Source of the DNA: the human T2T-CHM13v2.0 reference genome, Homo sapiens
DNA: 64,000 nucleotides
NCBI RefSeq assembly: GCF_009914755.1
Contig: NC_060935.1
Direction: 5' to 3' (one strand)
A program made the position numbers and the translations under genes. Position 1 is the first letter of the stretch. Each line of letters opens with the position of its first letter. The notes under the pieces were generated by a model, which saw nothing but the letters and a program-made list of their open reading frames with translations, had not been told where the DNA came from and made no database searches. Shown here piece after piece: positions 58,339-64,000 of the stretch.

Positions 58339-60020
58339 CTAGAGGTAAAAGTAAAGACAGGAAAACTAAATGAATGGGCTTTGGGTAATTTGAGGTGTGA
58401 TCTGGTCTGGATGTCAAGAAAATACATGTCTGTCTTTTAACAAAATGTCTATATTTGAGTCATTCAAGGAAATAGATTCATTTAGTTGTCTATCTTCATG
58501 GTAAAAATAAAATTGACACAAGTGAATGCAGCAGAGGAAATATGAGCATTCATATTTATATAAATGTACATATAAATTTATTTCTGATCTGGGAAAGGTA
58601 AGAGGAAAGTTCACATATACAATATTGATGCTTCTGAATTCCAGCTTCAGTCAAAGGATTATTGGCCCCTACTGAATGTGCTACACTATATTATATATTA
58701 AAGCAAGATTTAACATACTTATGTGAATATTATAAGTTGTTATTAATGTCAGAAAAAAATGGCAAGTAAACACAGAAAACATATTAAACTAATATTTTAA
58801 AGCTCAAGCCAGTTGAGAAAGCTCAGGTAATCAAAGTGCCAGTCATGTTCTAATAAAAGACCTCTCCATGACATACATAATTGCTTAGTGTAACATCAAT
58901 ATTTTCGATTCCCTGAGAACTTGGAATAATAGCTCAGTATTATTTTGAGAATTTCCATTTAAAAATCCCTGGACATAGGTCAGGCTGAGCCACATATTTG
59001 AGAACAAAAACTATAGACTGCTTGGGCCAAAACAACTTTAACTAACTTGACCAAATGCATTTAATAAGTTCTTTTTTTTCTGCCTTGTCAGTGGTGAAGC
59101 AAGTAGTCCCCAGTGAGTTTAGGGAGATCAGCTGTGGAATGAGATTTAATTTGAGAACAATTTATCCTACTTTAAGGGCAATGATTAAATCGATGCAAAG
59201 TTTACCCAAGAAAAACTGTATCTTGAGGATTTACTATGGACAAATCAGTTGACCAAACACCGCAAGTGACACAAATATGGCTTTGTATGTGTCATAATTT
59301 CTAAATTCTAGGGTCTCAAACTAGTCAATGTTGTAGACAGTGTTTCAAGGCATACTGTCTTGATCTAATAAATAGCAACAAATATAGAAAAAACAATGGC
59401 CTAGAAGTGATTCTTAAAGAAGTTGCATGGATAGATCTGACAGGATAGTAGAACACTGATGGACAAATATTTTAGGGCAAGCTTAGAGAGAAAGTTATGG
59501 CTACAAAAGACAACACTTTCTCAGGTGGTGATTTTGGGAGTTTCAAGATGAAGGAGCAATAGAAAAAAGCTGCAGAGGTACAAGAAATAGCTAAACTGCA
59601 AAATACTCTGTATATCTGACAGATGAATTTGAAGATCTTGAATCATTAAGGCTTTATTTTCATAATATATTTGGAGCAACACCAAGGATAAATGATTGGA
59701 AAGAAATGACATATGGAAGTATGAAGAGAGGAAGAAATTATCATCACTATCCCAATTAAGGAGGAAGAATAATGAATAGAGAGAGGTAACTTTTAAAATT
59801 AGACAGTTAACAAGTGGCAATTGGGATGTAAACCTGGGTCACTGTAAATAAAAACTCATGTTTTTTCTACCATATCCAGCTATTTTGAGGGAACTTGGTC
59901 ACACAGCTTTTGTAAAACCTACCACTACATCTTTTTTTTTTTTTCAGTTCTCATAACTGAATCCACATCACAAGGTGCTACTTCTAAAAAGAGTCAAATA
60001 CAATATGCATCCAGATGCCT

Positions 60021-60023
<3 letters not shown>

Positions 60024-60059
<36 letters not shown>
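60024..60059. repeat. (CA)n microsatellite
   Basis: About 18 uninterrupted AC units. Confidence 0.97.
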
Positions 60060-60061
<2 letters not shown>

Positions 60062-60093
60062 CATTGGAAGGAATTTGTCCTAAGACAAACTTT

Positions 60094-60616
60094 TGTTGGG
60101 GCTCAGGGCATACTACCCCAAAATATGACTGTAGGAGACCAGAATAGGCCACCCCAAAATATTTCTCTTTGACATATTATTTCAAGCTGATTAAGAAACT
60201 GCAGACACAGAGGTGGCTCTGAAAAGCTTCCATTTTGTAAATAAAACGTCCATCAATAAAGGAAAGGTTTTTCCTAGTGAAAATATCTACAAGAGAGTTG
60301 CTTAGAGATAACATTTGTCACTTGAGAGATTTTATCTTCATAGCAAAGCAACAAATTACTTCAATACATTTGCTCCTCTAATACTCTCATAATTTGTCTC
60401 CACCATCCCCCCAGAAACCCCAAGCCCCTCTTCCTTTCTGTAGCTCAAGATGCTATGTAAGCTCTAATCATCTGTCCCTTCTTGAGTCTCATATATCTGT
60501 GGGACTCCTGTGCATATGTACACAACTTAAATGGTTTTTCTACTGTTAATCTGTTTTCTGTCAATTCATAGCCCAAAGGACCTAGAAGAGTAAAAGCCAT
60601 TTTTTCCTTCTCTACA
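60094..60616 (+). mobile_element. ERV1 solo LTR (MER34-family-like)
   Basis: TGTTGGGGCTCAGGGCATACTACCCCAAAATATG...CTTCTCTACA with 4-bp TSD CTTT. Confidence 0.82.
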
Positions 60617-61084
60617 CTTTCAACTTATTATATTTACACTACATTATTTTTTAAAATTGCAGTAATGTAACCTCATCATTCACATTCTAAAAAGTGTTAT
60701 TGAGAACCTAAAAATTTCCTACTTTCCCATTCTTCCCAGTATTCTGTGCTTACCAAGGCAAAACTTATTCTATAAAGTTTATACTTATTTTATAAAACAT
60801 AGCATTTCCTATCGTGAAAAGTTATTGTATATGATATATAAAACATAACACTTTTTATAAAACCTATAAAATCACCTAGAAATTCAGCCTCCCAGAGAAA
60901 ACCCCCATTAATCTGCTGATGTATTTGGTCATTTCTATTGCCCAATGTGCATATAAGAACAATGCGTAATATGTTTGAAAGCATTTGCCTAGTTCTTTTA
61001 TTTCCAAGAAATTTCCATTAGCCAAAGACCCCATATCTGATAGCATGACTAGGCAATAATCTCATGCTGTTTCAAAAGGTAATT

Positions 61085-62870
61085 TCAGATTTGACATATA
61101 AAGAAAAAACTTTATATTCATCATTCCCACCCTTACAACCACAAAGCTAGACATAATGGAAATAAACAATTTTTCTTGTACTCACCAGAGAATTGAGTTC
61201 TCAGGGCAAACTGTCACTGCAAGAGGCCGGAGCATTCAAGGAATCAGTGGAGGTGTTATTTACCTGGAGCAAAAGCCACCAGAGCCATTAATTGGTAGGA
61301 ATACTTGAAATGCCAGAGGGTGAGTATGAGGCATGAAACTCCATGAATCACAGTTTTAAGGGGGCCTCCACACTTTTGTGGGTTTTACCTCCAAGAATCC
61401 CACAAAGTTCTCACAGTAAAGGGCCAAAAACGATTCTAGCTGGGCTCTAGCAAGGCTCTAGCAAGGTGAGAGGAAAAGGAGCCATTTTGAAATACATCTA
61501 GAGGCTTCCTCTTAACAAAGATTTACTCTCCAGGTGATAAGACTTTCAGAGAGTCTTATCACACCTGGAGGGAAGGGCATTTATCCACAGATAGCTACTC
61601 TAGAGCCTCCTGTCTCTTGTTAATGACGAGTGGGTAGAAGATTGGAACCATTTGTGAAGGGCTCAGGATAGCCCAGGAGCAAAAACATTAAAATAACTTG
61701 ATTTAATTATAAGATTATAAAAGCCTTTCCTCCCTCACTTCTTAGTATCACATCAATAGGGATCTAGTATAATGACAGTGGATTGCAGCTAAAGGAGACT
61801 TTTCAGGAAGAGTTCTTAGACGAAGACAACAGAAGAGGCAACAAGAAGGAAACTAGACCTGTAGCTGCAGCAATCATCACACAAAACTCACCTCCTGGCT
61901 ATTAACCTATTAACCTCAACTAAGCTCAGACAACTTCAATTATCCTCAGATTATAGGCCTTTCCCTTAGTCGCTACTACCTGGTATATCATCTCCAGCTT
62001 TTGGCAAACAAAACAAACAAAAACAAGGAAGGCTAAAGGTAAGACAAAGCATATTGTGAACATAAAACAAACAACAGAACCAGACTAAAAAATGACACAG
62101 ATGTTATTATAGAATATAAGAAAGGATGTTGAAATAACTATGATTTATCAAGATATTTACTCAAAAAAGTAGACAACATGTAAGAGCAGATGTGTAATGT
62201 AAACCAAAAGATAAAAACTCTAAGAATTAATCAAAAGAAAATGCTAGGAAAAAGACACAAACAAGCAAAGTGAATGTTTTTGAGATGCTCATTCATAGCT
62301 CGGGTATGGCTGAAAATGAATCAGTGAGCTAAAGATATGCCAATAGAAATTTCCAATACTGAAATGCAAGCATAAAAAGTAACGAAAAATGCAAAACAAC
62401 ATGAAAACAGACAATCCAATAACCATGGAACAATTTCAAAAGATATAAATACATGTAATTGAAATATCAGAAGAAGAAAGAGAATGGAACAGAAAAAAAA
62501 AAATTGTAATAATAGTTAAGAATTTTTCAAAATTAATAACAGATAGTAAACTACAGATCCAGGAAGTACACCAAGGAGAATGAACACCAAAAAAAATCTA
62601 CATGAAGGCATAGCACACTCAAATTGCATAAAACCAAATGCAAACAGAATCCTGAAAGAAGCATGACTAGGATGGAAGGAGATAGAGAAAACATCTTACC
62701 CAAACAGTAACAAGCAATAAAAATTGCAGAAGTTTTCTCATCAAAAACCATGCAAAGATGAAGAAAGTAAAGTGAAATAAATGTTGTTGAAAGAAAGAAA
62801 AAAAATGCAACCTAGAATTTTATATTCATCAAAATTGTCTTTCAAAAGTGAAGGCAAAATAAAGACAGCA
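61085..62870 (+). mobile_element. Old LINE-1 5' UTR/ORF1 (L1MD/MC-like)
   Basis: Shares motifs with 47100-49060 (CACTTTTGTGGGTTTTACCTCC, AGTAGACAACAT, CTTTCAAAAGTGAAGG). Confidence 0.7.
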
Positions 62871-63093
62871 AATAATTCAGCAAATCAAAAGACAATGCAA
62901 CCATTCAGAAACTATTATTTTCTTTGAAGCCTGGATCTCTAGATATGGTTAGCAGTCACTTCTGAAATAATTGTTTATTTGACTTTTCCTAGGTCCATAC
63001 AGTAAATACTGCACAAGTTAACATTTTACTTTCTAAAATCACTTTTCCACCCACAGCATAGAAAAGGTATGCATACTGATGTGCTATATAGAT

Positions 63094-63279
63094 GAGTTTG
63101 CTAGATAAAATATAGTTAACACAGTTAACTTTGAATTTATTATAAATAACAAAAATATTTTAAGTAGATCCCATGAAATATTTGAGCTCTCCTTATATAA
63201 AAAAAATTTTTGTTGTTTATATGTAACTCAAATTTAATTGAATATTTTATATTGTTGTTGGCTAAATATGGTAAGACTA
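63094..63279. mobile_element. MER53-like palindromic MITE
   Basis: Arms pair: ATAAATAACAAAAAT with ATTTTTGTTGTTTAT, and CAGTTAACTTTGAATT with AACTCAAATTTAATTG. Confidence 0.75.
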
Positions 63280-63746
63280 CATACAGGTAAAACAAACCAC
63301 AGCCTCAATTATACCCAACTTATCACCAAAAACTGCCCAAAACACTAGTCCCAAGAAGGTAGCTTTAATTAGAATAATCAGATGTCTCTAGCAGTTCATC
63401 ATGCCTTACATCTTAATAAATACCAGTTGTCACCAATAACAAAAGCCTCATGTTATTCTTTATGAAAATTCATTCTATTTGTTAAGCAAAATACTCTATA
63501 ACTTCAATGTTTGCTTATTTTTTTGGACTCTAAATAAAACTTTTCAAACTCTCCTGATTTTAACTTAAGTAGTCATCATTTAGTGGTAGCTGTTATTTTT
63601 CTCTCCCATACCAATCAATGCAGGGAGTACAGTTGAGGTAGGTTTGCTTCTTGCTGCTTCTTAGAAATTCCAGACTGTAGCTCCTGTCACATCTCTAAAA
63701 TCCTGAGCTCCTTTAAAGCAAATGCTGTTAGCTATACCACTTGTAC

Positions 63747-64000
63747 TGTTACTGGCTGGTGGGTTGTTGACCCTTGGTAAATAGAAACAAACTAAGAGTC
63801 TGAGATGGGTTTGAGCAAGGCAGTTTATTGGGACTTTCAGCTCCAGCAGAAAGGGAAACAGGAAAAGGAAAAGACTTGCTTCAGAAAGCAAGTTAGTCAT
63901 TATTCTGAGGTTTTATTTCCTTTGGACCTCCTCTGGGTGACATCATTGCATATTTGGGGTGGTCTGTGAATTTCACCTGTGCAGTTTCTCCTTATGCTTC
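63747..64000 (-). mobile_element. ERV LTR 3' portion (truncated by the window edge)
   Basis: Minus strand ends ...CCAGTAACA, with AATAAA (plus TTTATT near 63824) upstream; abrupt GC rise. Confidence 0.55.

Noticed and set aside
59521-59600. Plus-strand CTTTCTCAG|GTG exon-like segment
   Set aside because: Stops in all frames, weak donor, and purine-rich context resembling L2/MIR remnants

Overview
AT-rich, CpG-depleted primate (human-like) genomic DNA made up mostly of interspersed repeats. These include young and old LINE-1s, about a dozen Alus, an ERV1 provirus fragment (5' LTR, PBS, decayed gag), several solo LTRs with target-site duplications, a two-LTR THE1/MaLR element, Tigger3- and MER53-like DNA transposons, MIR/L2 remnants and microsatellites. 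No intact protein-coding gene, RNA gene or CRISPR array is supported; nearly every listed ORF lies inside a repeat or is chance. The most notable unexplained signal is a set of well-formed minus-strand splice sites in non-repeat sequence downstream of a minus-oriented LTR (a candidate LTR-driven spliced lncRNA), plus a duplicated 59-bp element carrying a minus-strand AATAAA. I cannot support a claim of a novel system from sequence alone. Repeat subfamily names are from memory of consensus sequences and need RepeatMasker/Dfam confirmation; boundaries of old repeats are approximate.
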